64,000 nt of DNA from an uncultured virus (IMG/VR IMGVR_UViG_3300045743_000142). Lineage: Duplodnaviria; Heunggongvirae; Uroviricota; Caudoviricetes; Schitoviridae. Shown in pieces: positions 38,466-48,600 of the stretch. A model generated the notes under the pieces. The model saw only the letters and a list, made by a program, of their open reading frames with translations. It had not been told where the DNA came from and did not search any database. The translations under genes were made by a program, and so were the position numbers. Numbering within the stretch: the first letter of the stretch is position 1; each line of letters starts with the position of its first letter. The stretch lies in IMG/VR virus record IMGVR_UViG_3300045743_000142; one strand, given 5' to 3'.

Positions 38466-40607
38466 CTAGCGTTTACTGAGATTCTTTGCAACGGTAATCA
38501 TGATGGTGGCCATGATCTCTGACTCATCGAGCTTGTCAGCGATCTTGTTGTTCAACCCCATGACTCGGCTACGAATACCCTCGAAGTCGAAGCTAGCATC
38601 CAATAGCAGCATCGCATAACGCAGCAACATATTGTTGCGGTTACCGTCACCGATATTGTTGATGACCCAACGCTCGAGATTATCCATCGACTGTTGCGAA
38701 TCCAGCAATTGCTTGCGTTCTTCGTTCTTGCTTGTCTTCGGTATGAAAGGCAAGACATCGAGTAGGTCACCTTCGGTGTACTCATAGTGACCCTTGTGAG
38801 TCAACCATTTTTTAGACCGGTGACCACACTGCAAGTCCACTTCAAACGGAAGCCATTCAAGAATGTTCTTGTAGAACTCTCGATACTCCTTGGCATCCAT
38901 CTTCAACTCGTAGTTGATCGGTAGCAGGATACGAAAGCGATTGGCTTCTTCTGTGTGGCGCTTGGTCGTGTAGTACAGGGTTTTGTACTTACGCAGCAAC
39001 AACTTAGCAGTAGTAAGCTGAATAGTTCCGTCGACATCAAGCACAACGAAACTAAAGCCAGGTATGGCATTCTCTTCGTTGCGATAACCACCATTTAGGT
39101 GGTGATTAACCCAGTGCATTCCTTCTGCTTGGGTTAGCTTATGAAGATCCTCGAACTTAGCCTGTTCGTTGCGATACCCCGTGGTCATGTTGTCGCTGTA
39201 GGAGACAACCATCTCATTCAGATTGGTTTCCTTCAGTGTCTCGCCCCGAAGGAACTCGATACCGTCAGAGAACGATTTCTTGATAATAATGTTGTTCTTG
39301 TATCCGTAAGCGATCGCAAATGTCAGCATCTCTGCACGTGCTGAAGCTCCCCCTTTGTAGAAGGGAAGATCTTCTGCCAGGTCAGCATGAGTCACATCCT
39401 GCCCCACTGCTGCGATGTACTTAGCCAGCTTCACGAACGGACGATCACGGGTCAGCATCAAGTTGAATGCTTCACCGGAATCCTCTGCCAGTTTGATGGC
39501 GCTGTACACATGGGCATCGGTCAACTGTGGAGAGTCGTCGATGAAGGCATACGCACCGGCCAGCTTGAGTACCTTGAAGTTGCGTTCTGAGAGCTCACGT
39601 TTCTGGATTTCCATGTGCTCAGGCAACAGGTTCGCTCTGGCTTCACAGTTCAGTTGGTACTCATTCAGCAGGATGCAAGTCTCCTTGCTGATGGCCAGCT
39701 TCTTGTTGGCGTTGATGATGTCTGCCAGATTCTCCAATCGATCGGACAGGTCATCGATGACCGTGTTGTTGCCCAGATTGGTACGCTGATCAAACATCTC
39801 CTCGGCTGTACGAAGTTGTCGCTTAGCACTACCACGCACATATCCAAAGAAGCATCGACGGGCGTAGCCTGTATCCAGCATAGCCATCAGATCATCTTCA
39901 GTCTTGGCTCCGTCAAAGAGTCGACTAGGGACACCGAACATTAGAAGATTCGCTGGCGTCTTACCAACGATCTCTTCTGAACGTGCGTTATCCGTACTGT
40001 TCTTGATGAGTTTCTGCTTAGTAAGCCCCTTGTCGAACAACTCGATGAAGGTTGCAAAGGCCTCTTGGTTAGCTGACAGGTTGGCTGCAATCTCATCCAT
40101 GATGAGGTTCATGGATCCAGCATTAGCCATCAGGAGCTTGTGACGCATCTGCTTCACAGCAGGCGATGTTCCCGAGTCGAAGGAGAACAACATAGCCCCT
40201 GACGAGTCGAACTCCTTAGTGACACGTACAAGCTCATCGTCAGGGTCTGTACCCTTACGGACAGCGCGTTTGTTGGCCAGTTTCGGAAGATTCTGTTCAG
40301 CCAGGATAGGGAAGGTTTCCTCAAGAAACCTAGTACGAAACTGAAGCAGTACTTCCTCTTCCAACAAGTTCGATGACAGCGTTTTACCGTAGCCCGAGGG
40401 AGCCAGGTTCAACGCATACATATTCACTGGGATCTCTCCCCGATCAGGGGTATTGATGCTGCACCGCATCTGTGCCGCGGCCAGGCTGAAGTAGTAGCCC
40501 ACCATGATCCGAAAGAACAACGAGTCATCTCGTTGGGTTCGATCACGGAGGATCCCCACCAGCTTCTCACTGGTTGGGTGGTACTCCATTTCTTGGAAAG
40601 GTTTCAT
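38466..40607 (-). CDS. DNA primase (N4 gp43-like; NTPase + AEP/PriCT-like regions)
   Basis: APSGYGKT, IMDEI, VLDVDG, YTTKRH, RFRILLP, GNRNNML; start at MKPFQE. Confidence 0.85.
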   Translation of the reverse strand: MKPFQEMEYHPTSEKLVGILRDRTQRDDSLFFRIMVGYYFSLAAAQMRCSINTPDRGEIPVNMYALNLAPSGYGKTLSSNLLEEEVLLQFRTRFLEETFPILAEQNLPKLANKRAVRKGTDPDDELVRVTKEFDSSGAMLFSFDSGTSPAVKQMRHKLLMANAGSMNLIMDEIAANLSANQEAFATFIELFDKGLTKQKLIKNSTDNARSEEIVGKTPANLLMFGVPSRLFDGAKTEDDLMAMLDTGYARRCFFGYVRGSAKRQLRTAEEMFDQRTNLGNNTVIDDLSDRLENLADIINANKKLAISKETCILLNEYQLNCEARANLLPEHMEIQKRELSERNFKVLKLAGAYAFIDDSPQLTDAHVYSAIKLAEDSGEAFNLMLTRDRPFVKLAKYIAAVGQDVTHADLAEDLPFYKGGASARAEMLTFAIAYGYKNNIIIKKSFSDGIEFLRGETLKETNLNEMVVSYSDNMTTGYRNEQAKFEDLHKLTQAEGMHWVNHHLNGGYRNEENAIPGFSFVVLDVDGTIQLTTAKLLLRKYKTLYYTTKRHTEEANRFRILLPINYELKMDAKEYREFYKNILEWLPFEVDLQCGHRSKKWLTHKGHYEYTEGDLLDVLPFIPKTSKNEERKQLLDSQQSMDNLERWVINNIGDGNRNNMLLRYAMLLLDASFDFEGIRSRVMGLNNKIADKLDESEIMATIMITVAKNLSKR

Positions 40608-40615
40608 TGAGTTCC

Positions 40616-41623
40616 TTATGAGTTCATGATCAGTTGACCTGCATCGATCAGTGCGTCCTTCTGAGTGCAGATGGCGAAGGCAGGGCAGTATTTGCAAGCG
40701 GTGACTTGCCCTGGGACTTCCTTGACGAATCCAACACTGCCGTCTTCAACGAATCGAAGGCGAGCGTCATGCAGGTTGTCGAAGTTCTTGGTGGCTCGAG
40801 CAGTCTTGGCTGGGTTCTTGTAGTACTTAAACACCGGTTCACTCCGCCACAGCTCCTCGTCTTCACACAGTGGGAGTTCCTCTTCAGGGGTATCCCAGTG
40901 CTTGTCGATGAGCTCCACCTTCTTGTTGATAAAGCGTTCCGTTTCGTGGAGTGGGAGCAGAGGGAATATCTGGCGCTTGAAACGCTGCTGTGGATAGTTC
41001 GGGTCGGTCTTCACCATCCCGGCTTTCCAGTCCATGAAGATGTGATGGATGTCCATCTCATCCTGGGTAATCAGCTTGGGATCAAGCCAGCGGTAGATGC
41101 TTCCTTGCAGAGTCTGCTTGTTGGCATTCACCTGGTTCATGTACGACCAGACGGAGGCGGTCTTGAAGTCCTGAACTCGACCTTCACCAACGAAGTCAAA
41201 CTTGCCGGTGATGATCCACTTACCCATCTGCTTCTTGAGTCGTTGCTCGAGGTAGACAGGAATGACATCGATGCCTTGCGACTTGAGACTTTCCAAGTAG
41301 GCTGCTTCCGGATTGATCCGAATGCGGTCGATGATCTTTCGTGGGTACCCCATCGCTGCAAGAGCTACTGGGTAGTTGCTCAACCAGGCTCGCTCGATGC
41401 CGTCATGAACGGCAGCTCCCAGCCGATTGCTCATCATGTCAGCCAGGTTCACCAGACCTTCACCAGGTGGCATCCTGGTGGGTAGGATGATCTGCCTCAG
41501 TGGTTTCAACAGCGTGGTGGTGCTGATGGTGTTAGGTGTGTCGTCGTAGTCGTAGTAATCGGATGCGAGGAACACAGCCAATGCCAACGGCACCTCCGAC
41601 ACGTTAGCGAAACGTGTGGTCAT
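40616..41623 (-). CDS. PD-(D/E)XK nuclease (N4 gp42-like)
   Basis: GAAVHDGIE, LEQR, GKFDF..VQDFK, C-terminal CKYC..IC. Confidence 0.85.
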   Translation of the reverse strand: MTTRFANVSEVPLALAVFLASDYYDYDDTPNTISTTTLLKPLRQIILPTRMPPGEGLVNLADMMSNRLGAAVHDGIERAWLSNYPVALAAMGYPRKIIDRIRINPEAAYLESLKSQGIDVIPVYLEQRLKKQMGKWIITGKFDFVGEGRVQDFKTASVWSYMNQVNANKQTLQGSIYRWLDPKLITQDEMDIHHIFMDWKAGMVKTDPNYPQQRFKRQIFPLLPLHETERFINKKVELIDKHWDTPEEELPLCEDEELWRSEPVFKYYKNPAKTARATKNFDNLHDARLRFVEDGSVGFVKEVPGQVTACKYCPAFAICTQKDALIDAGQLIMNS

Positions 41624-41639
41624 AAAAATCCTTGTATGG

Positions 41640-41661
41640 TTCGGAGAAGTGCCGGAGGCAC
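41640..41661 (-). promoter_or_regulatory. middle-region hairpin motif copy 2
   Basis: TTCGGAGAA-GTGCC-GGA-GGCAC. Confidence 0.65.
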
Positions 41662-41666
41662 CTGTA

Positions 41667-41804
41667 CTACCTATGAGTAGTAATGGTTATCTTCATGGCG
41701 CATATCGCACCTACTAACCATACCCACAAAGGAGCATCGTGGTAAATAGCCATGCCTATGCCAAAGAAAGCAAGACGCCAATAAGCACCATATCTACGAG
41801 TCAT
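41667..41804 (-). CDS. small membrane protein, 45 aa
   Basis: MTRRYGAYWRLAFFGIGMAIYHDAPLWVWLVGAICAMKITITTHR*, ATGA overlap. Confidence 0.5.
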   Translation of the reverse strand: MTRRYGAYWRLAFFGIGMAIYHDAPLWVWLVGAICAMKITITTHR

Positions 41805-42049
41805 GATGTTTTACCTGCCAGATGTTGAGCCATCTTCTGTAGTTGACTATTGAAGTACCTACGAATCAGGTAAGACCTAACTACAGAGACAATCGTGAAT
41901 AGCATACCCATCATGAAGTTCTGCTTCATGCTGGGCATTGGAAGTCCCACGATCGGAAGGATCACTAGGTTGAAAGTGAAGTTGATACCAAAGCCAATGG
42001 CTACGTTTATCCAGGCTTCAATCAATGAACCCAATCGAGTTTGGTTCAT
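41801..42049 (-). CDS. small two-helix membrane protein (conserved phage family)
   Basis: QTRLGSLIEAWINVAIGF...FTIVSVVRSYLIRRYFN. Confidence 0.75.
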   Translation of the reverse strand: MNQTRLGSLIEAWINVAIGFGINFTFNLVILPIVGLPMPSMKQNFMMGMLFTIVSVVRSYLIRRYFNSQLQKMAQHLAGKTS

Positions 42050-42444
42050 GGTTTCTTCAGAAGGACTGGAAGTGTCTTCTTCTCTTTTTCACGGATGATC
42101 AGATCCAATCGAGCTAGTGCATTCCAAGCCTCATGAGCAGCATGTAGTTCTTGAGTATCAGGGTCACATTCGATCCCTGACTTCTCGTATAGCCAGTGAC
42201 GCAGTTTGGCGTCGTCATAACGGGGTTCACCGTTAGAGACTTCCATCCAACCGTTTTCGCTGTACTTGGTAGCCCCATAGGTACCAATACGGGATACCGC
42301 TAGTAGTGCTCTGGCAAAGCCACCCAGGACTAGAGCTGGTCGTGGCTTACCTGCATCAAGTTTGGCTCCGGGTGTACTCGCACTGAGTCCATTAGGATCT
42401 ACTTCGTGATTAAGGCGATACGTTCTAATGTCTGTAGTGCTCAT
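42046..42444 (-). CDS. DUF5664 dATP/dGTP diphosphohydrolase-like protein
   Basis: GAKLDAGKPR, YGATKYSENGW, RH, DPDTQELHAAHEAWNAL. Confidence 0.8.
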   Translation of the reverse strand: MSTTDIRTYRLNHEVDPNGLSASTPGAKLDAGKPRPALVLGGFARALLAVSRIGTYGATKYSENGWMEVSNGEPRYDDAKLRHWLYEKSGIECDPDTQELHAAHEAWNALARLDLIIREKEKKTLPVLLKKP

Positions 42445-42770
42445 ACTTCCGTTCCTTGATTAAGTTGCATCCAGCGAGTCAGGGTATCTCTGGCTTCTCG
42501 AATATCCCGATAAGCGGGTTTACTGGATATAAGAATCTTTCTGACTGCGTGTTGCAGACAACCTGAATAGTCATTTACTTGAAACAGCTGAAGTACTGCA
42601 AAGACGTCTATCTCTGAAGCGTCACCAGTATCTCTGTACTGTTCGGGATAACGATCAACAAGTAATCGTCCGGCTTCGAAACCATCCAGTTCCTTGTTAG
42701 AACATGGTTCACAGAAGTCTTGTCCCGATACTGCTGGACTCAAGCACCCTATAGATTTGCATTTGGGCAT
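42441..42770 (-). CDS. hypothetical protein with N-terminal Cys motif
   Basis: CKSIGC..FCEPC, IDVFAVLQLF..CLQHAVRKIL. Confidence 0.65.
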   Translation of the reverse strand: MPKCKSIGCLSPAVSGQDFCEPCSNKELDGFEAGRLLVDRYPEQYRDTGDASEIDVFAVLQLFQVNDYSGCLQHAVRKILISSKPAYRDIREARDTLTRWMQLNQGTEV

Positions 42771-42789
42771 TTGTATCCTTTGATATAGA

Positions 42790-42811
42790 AGATACCCCCG
42801 AAGGGGTATCT
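42790..42811 (-). terminator. hairpin after RNR
   Basis: AGATACCCC-CGAA-GGGGTATCT (TTCG loop on the minus strand). Confidence 0.65.
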
Positions 42812-42815
42812 AAGT

Positions 42816-44753
42816 TCACAGAATCTCACAGACTCCGGAAGTACAGGCCAATTCCTTGGTATTAACCGTGGAATCGTCTTTCTCGAAGTTTGCGAGTTCA
42901 TCCCAGTTGAACTGGGGCATACGAGCCAACAAGGCTTCGTATTCGGCTTCGGTGCACTCCGTGTAGGGTGCTTGGCGATACGAGTGATCGCTGTGAGGCA
43001 GGAAGCTCACACCAGCCAGGGAGTCGAAGTGCTTGTAGACCCAGGCACCGACCTCGAGCCATTCGTGATCCTTCACGTAGATCGTGTTGGATACGTTGTG
43101 CTCGCTCCAATAGGTCTGGAACATGAGGTAGTGGCTGAGTTGCTGTATAGCAGTTCGATCATTTCGCATCACTGCACCGGTGGGTGCCTTGACCGGGAAG
43201 CTGAACACCGTGGTGGTATCTGGCTTAGTCACATCGGGTTCAGCAGGGAAACCTTGGCTCAACATGAGCTGGGTCAGGGGATCCTTGTTGTCACCGCGGA
43301 CTGTTCGGACGTAGAACGGTGCATAACGCTCATGCTTACCACTGGCTGCATCCACCAACTGACTCACGGTACCGGAAGGCTTGACCGTGGTGATGGCCAC
43401 CGACTGGTTGATACCCAGCTTGGAAGACCATTCCTTGTTGACTTCGATCGCATACTCACGCAACTGAGTGAGCCAGAACCTCGCATCACTACCGTCCTGG
43501 CACAGGACTGGGTGATCCATGATGCCGGTCATGGAAACACCCAGGAGACGCTCTTCTTCCTGGTTCTTCTTCCAGCTTTCACGTACGTAGCGGAAGTTGG
43601 TGAGCATCGATTGGTAGGTACCAATGATTACTGCGATACGAACCTTCTCTTCCAGGTCGATCAAACTGTCTTCAGCACGGACCACGATCTCGGAGAGGTT
43701 ACATAGGCCCATATTACGAAGGGTGATCTCAGCACAGGGATTGATACCGACGATCTTGGTATGGTCCCGTCGACCACCAGCAATGGCTTTCTTGATGGCA
43801 GCTTCTCGGTTGAAGATGCCACGCTCACCACTCTTGGATTCGACCAAGGCCAACCATTCCTTCATGAACAGTTCACATTGCGGACGTTCGGTGTAGGCAG
43901 CACTGTTGTTGGCTAGAGCACGTTGTGGATCGGTGTTCCACCACTGGCCACTCTTGGCGACACGCATGCGGTCGTCTGAGAGGTTTGAGAGGCTGATCAG
44001 AGCACTGCGACGAACACCCCCCACTACGACGATCTCAGCGATCTTGCAAACCAGGTCGTGGCATTCGATCGAGGTGAGTTTTCGACCAACTGCACCGCGG
44101 AAAGTTTCGATGGCGAACTTGAACAGTTCGACCAGAGGAGCTGGGCCAGATGCACGGCCACCGAACGTTTTCAGCTTGGCTCCTGCAGGGCGCACCTTGC
44201 TGGTATCCCACTTGGGGATCTTCCCGGCCCACAGATGCGCCAGGAGCTCCTTGAAGGCACCTGACCAGCCTCCTTTGGAGTCACGTACCACGATGGTGTG
44301 GTCGATGGCTTCCAGGGCCTCTACCGTCTCGATACCTAGCTGTCCGGATTCACTGACAGTAACCTTGGCTCCGATGACGGGTAGCTTGGCGATGAACTGA
44401 CGCTCCACACTGAAGCCAACACCGGTGCCACACATCAGGATGTAGAGCACCTCGTCGAAGGCGCGGGGATGGTCGATGGCCACGAAGCTGCAGTTGAAAC
44501 CTGCGATCGGATCACGATCCAGTGCTGGGCCAGCGGTCATCAGAGCCCGCATGGAGGGCATGACTTCCAGGTTCAGGATGGCCTGGTAGATCTCGGCTTT
44601 GGGGAAGTGGGGGTACTTCGAGAAGTAGTCCACATACCGCTGGACAGTTTCTGGCCAGTGCTCTCGACGCTGTTCTTTGTCGAGCCAACGGGCATAGCGA
44701 CTCTTATGGACATAGTCTTGCAGTGGGGTAGGGAGGGAAAATGGGGTGGTCAT
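42816..44753 (-). CDS. nrdJ: class II (B12-dependent) ribonucleotide reductase
   Basis: FNCSF, VVVGGVRRSALI, INPCAEI, CNLSE, TVKPSGTVSQL, C-terminal CTSGVCEI; no NrdB in window. Confidence 0.88.
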   Translation of the reverse strand: MTTPFSLPTPLQDYVHKSRYARWLDKEQRREHWPETVQRYVDYFSKYPHFPKAEIYQAILNLEVMPSMRALMTAGPALDRDPIAGFNCSFVAIDHPRAFDEVLYILMCGTGVGFSVERQFIAKLPVIGAKVTVSESGQLGIETVEALEAIDHTIVVRDSKGGWSGAFKELLAHLWAGKIPKWDTSKVRPAGAKLKTFGGRASGPAPLVELFKFAIETFRGAVGRKLTSIECHDLVCKIAEIVVVGGVRRSALISLSNLSDDRMRVAKSGQWWNTDPQRALANNSAAYTERPQCELFMKEWLALVESKSGERGIFNREAAIKKAIAGGRRDHTKIVGINPCAEITLRNMGLCNLSEIVVRAEDSLIDLEEKVRIAVIIGTYQSMLTNFRYVRESWKKNQEEERLLGVSMTGIMDHPVLCQDGSDARFWLTQLREYAIEVNKEWSSKLGINQSVAITTVKPSGTVSQLVDAASGKHERYAPFYVRTVRGDNKDPLTQLMLSQGFPAEPDVTKPDTTTVFSFPVKAPTGAVMRNDRTAIQQLSHYLMFQTYWSEHNVSNTIYVKDHEWLEVGAWVYKHFDSLAGVSFLPHSDHSYRQAPYTECTEAEYEALLARMPQFNWDELANFEKDDSTVNTKELACTSGVCEIL

Positions 44754-44790
44754 AGGTAGGGGAATTCCTGAGGAAAAGAGATGTACACGT

Positions 44791-44813
44791 TTCGAAGAAA
44801 GGCCGGGAGGCCT
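44791..44813 (-). promoter_or_regulatory. middle-region hairpin motif copy 3
   Basis: TTCGAAGAA-AGGCC-GGGA-GGCCT. Confidence 0.6.
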
Positions 44814-44862
44814 CTCCGGAAACGAGTATCAGAATCTAGGCGGGGAATGGAGTGTACTGGTT

Positions 44863-45615
44863 TCAGTACTCACCTCGAGTAAGAGCCCCCCACGAAACTG
44901 GATACAGGGGTTCGATGATGTCTCCTACCATCTTGGCCAGTTCCTGAATCTCCTTCTGAGCGTGACTGTTGCTACGCTGGTTGAAGAAGTTCGAGTAGGC
45001 ATACAGGGAACCTGTCCATACCCAGTTGACTTCACAGCCCTGGGGCAGGACGAATCTGGCCTGCTCGGGGCAAACACCTGCCTTGAGCATCTGCTCATAG
45101 GTTCCGATGGCTCGGTTGCACGAGTAGCGGTACTCCTGCACCCAGTATTCGCTGTGGGGGTGTTCTCCCCCGCTGCCTTGCTTGACTGAGCCACCTGGCT
45201 TGGCCCTGAACGTGTCTGGGATGAACAGTTCCGGCATCGAGCTGATGTACCGGCGAGATTCCTCGCTCTCAATAAACCCTATTTTGTGCTTGAAAGCCTG
45301 TCGAGCTATGGGTACTGGGGCTTGCATGCGCAGGGAGATCTGGGGATGTGCGAACGGAACAAAGTGCTCAGGGATGTTGCGTAGATAGACGGCCAGCTCC
45401 TTGGCTACCGGGCCTTGCAAGGTTGGGTCGATCAACCCAAACATCTTGTTGATGAGGGTTTCCCAATCTCCGCTGGCCATACCTCGAGCCAAGAACTTGA
45501 TGAGATTGTTGTTCTGAGCTTCGGTGAAATTCTCAGCCAGTTTGGCAAAGGACTGACGAGCAAAGTTTGCTACGTCAGTGTCTGAGAGATAATGGTTTTC
45601 ATATACGGCTTTCAT
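44863..45615 (-). CDS. thyX: FAD-dependent thymidylate synthase
   Basis: ARQAFKHKIGFIESEESRRY, PEQARFVLPQ, HAQKEI. Confidence 0.92.
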   Translation of the reverse strand: MKAVYENHYLSDTDVANFARQSFAKLAENFTEAQNNNLIKFLARGMASGDWETLINKMFGLIDPTLQGPVAKELAVYLRNIPEHFVPFAHPQISLRMQAPVPIARQAFKHKIGFIESEESRRYISSMPELFIPDTFRAKPGGSVKQGSGGEHPHSEYWVQEYRYSCNRAIGTYEQMLKAGVCPEQARFVLPQGCEVNWVWTGSLYAYSNFFNQRSNSHAQKEIQELAKMVGDIIEPLYPVSWGALTRGEY

Positions 45616-45672
45616 CGGTTCCTTCTGTGGTAGGGGGTTTGGTGGACGTTGTTCATACCCTGGAGCGTGGAT

Positions 45673-48600
45673 ATGTCTTGCACTACTGACACTTGCGGCA
45701 TTGGTGGTTGGGGTGGTCCCCTTCCAGGGGATCCCAGCAACGACATCGTTTTCACTGCAACTGCGGCTTATGGTGGTATTGACTTGCTTTGGTCATACCC
45801 CACTACAAATCCGTATGCAGTGGCTTACACGACTGTCTTCAGGAGTAGCAGCAGCTCGTTTGCTTCTGCTACGAAGATTGCGGTTGTCGGTAGCAGTTAC
45901 TACTTCGACAAGCTGACGACTGTCTCCAACTTCTTCTATTGGATTCAGATCACTTCCGTGAACGGAACGGTGTTGGCTACGGTGGGACCGCAGGCCGCTA
46001 CTTCGAAGCTGTCGATCGACGAGATCATCGAGAACCTGACGAGCAAGATCGACAGTGGACTACTGGCTACGGCCTTGAGAACCAAGATCGATAAGATCGC
46101 GCTCCTGGATACCAATCTGGCTGCGGAGACTGCCAACCGACTGGCTGACAACACCAGCTTGACGGCTGTGCTGGCCGCGGTGAACTCGGACATCACAGGT
46201 GTGAATACCCTGGTCCAGTCGGAGATTGCTGCCCGGGTGAGCCAAAACTCAGCGGTGGTGACTCAGCTGAACGCTCTGGCTACAACGGTGAATGGAAATA
46301 CCGCTGCCATCGTCACTGAGCAGACAGCTAGATCTACTGCGGTATCTGCTTTGGCTTCACGGGTTGATGTCCTGTACGCAGCCAGTGGTGGTGGTTCAGT
46401 AACTACTGCGTCGATCATTGCAGCAATTGATGCCGAAACTACAGCTCGAGTTGATGCGGACTCTGCCTTAGCTACGACGCTGACAAGCCTGATTGCTACC
46501 AACCGAAGCCAGTCAGAAACAGCACTAAACGCATCGATTGCGTCTGCAAACTCAGCTCGAGTTACTGGTGATACAGTCTTGGCCTCGAGCATCACATCGC
46601 TGCAGACCACGCTCAACACCAAGATTGGTACTGACATTGGTGCGGCTATCCAGAGCGAGCGCACGGTACGGGTGACTGCTGAAGGTGCATTGGGTACCCG
46701 TATAGATACCCTGCAAAGCAGCTTGACGACTTCGAACATCAGCCTGACGGCTCTGTTGAATACCGAAGCTACAACCCGAGCCAACGCCGACGGCGTCTTG
46801 GCAGGTCAGATCACCACAGCACAGACCACATTGAATGGTTCTATTGCGTCTGTACGGACTGACCTGACCGCGTCGATTGGAGTGACTAACGGGAAGGTCA
46901 CAGACATTGGAGCCAGGTACACCGCAGTTGTGGATGTCAATGGCTTGGTGGGTGGCTTTGGTATCTACAACAATGGAACCACTGTCGAAGCTGGCTTCAA
47001 CGTCGACACGTTTTGGGTTGGGCGCACCACCAACAAGGTGAAGCCTTTCATCATCAGTCAGGGTGTCGTCTACATCAACGAAGCTGCGATCGGCAAGCTG
47101 TCAGCTAACTCGATCGATACCCGAGGGATGGTGATTCGAGACGCCACTGGGAACATCATTTTCGGTAGTGGTGCAACAGCGAGTCCGGCCAGCTACATGT
47201 CAGTACCCAGCAACTGGCTGAACAGCAATGTGAGTTTGGGAAGCCTGGGCTATACCGGGGCTCTCAACGCCACTTACGGGGCTCCTGCTGGTTCGCTGGT
47301 AGGTGGTGTTGAAGCAGTAACTCTGGCCAACGCATCTAGTGCTGCGGTTACTGCTGCTCAGACTGCGTTGACGTATGCGTATGGTGCAGCAGTAACTGCC
47401 AACACAGCTGCGACTTCAGCAAATACAGCTAACCAGTCTATCTACGCCATAACTGCTGACAATTCCTTGTCGGTTGTAGAGAAGCGGGATTTGCTTCTGG
47501 TCAACAAGGCTATAAACGATGAGTACTCAGGCATCTCCGGACAAGCCGCCAGCTTGTCTATTACTACCGAACGCACAGCTTATTACGATGCGTACAACGG
47601 ACTCTTTTCTTACCTAAATACGCTAGAGCCCTACTACTTTGCGGTATCAGAACCCAGTCCCATTGTTCGTGCTGATTTTCAAACAGCGTACTCAAACTAC
47701 TACTTTGCTCGACAAGTTGTACTAAACAAGATTGCTGCTGTTGCAGCTACTCGTGCAACTTGGACATCTGTTACTGGTTCTGGTAAGCCACAGGACAACG
47801 CTACTTATGGAGCTCCAGCAGGCACTCCAGTGGCGGGAGTAGATGCAGCTACGTTAGTAAACAACGCAAGTACTGCTATCACAAATGCTGCCGCTGCTCA
47901 AACTGCTGCTACTGCAGCAGCATCTCTTGCTACTACGGCTCAGACGACAGCCAATAGCGCTAGTAATGCAGCAGCAACTGCAAACACGGCGATTGCCAAC
48001 ATTGCCAGTGATACGGTGCTTTCTCGGGGTGAGAAGCCTCGGGTCAAGCTAGAGTGGGACCAGATCTCCAACGAGCGTGCTGGCATCGTCAGCCAGGCTC
48101 AAGGACTGTCTATCACCACAGAGCTGACGGGGTACACCACTGCATGGACTGCGCTGTCAAACTATCTGGCTGCACTGTCGCCCTCGTTTGCTGACACCAC
48201 CACTGATACCACGATAGTTCCGGATACGTTCCGAGCCAAGTTCCTGGATCTGTACGGCACTCGGCAGACCCTGTTGAACAAGATTGCAGCTGTAACCGCT
48301 GCTGCTGCTTCAACAGCTCAAGGCGCTGCAAATACTGCCACTACTCTGGCCAACACTGCCCAGACCGCAGCAAATAGTGCTGCAGCTTCAGCTTCGGCTG
48401 CCCAGACTACTGCTAACAATGCAGCCACTGCTGTAGCTACTGCCAACGCCGCTATCACCAACATTTCCAGTGATTCGGTGCTGTCCAAAGGTGAGAAGTC
48501 TGCGCTCGTGCTCGAGTGGACAAAGATAGCTGAAGAACGGGCTGGTTTTGTTTCTCAAGCTAATGGCTTGGGTATCACTACAGAGTTGGCCAACTACACG

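Noticed and set aside
40616..41623. Cas4-like nuclease as part of a CRISPR system
   Set aside because: It is the syntenic N4 core gp42-like nuclease; no array nearby
42046..42444. Diaminopurine (Z) or deazaguanine genome modification suggested by DUF5664
   Set aside because: No PurZ, DatZ, DpdA or Que genes in the window; DUF5664 alone is insufficient
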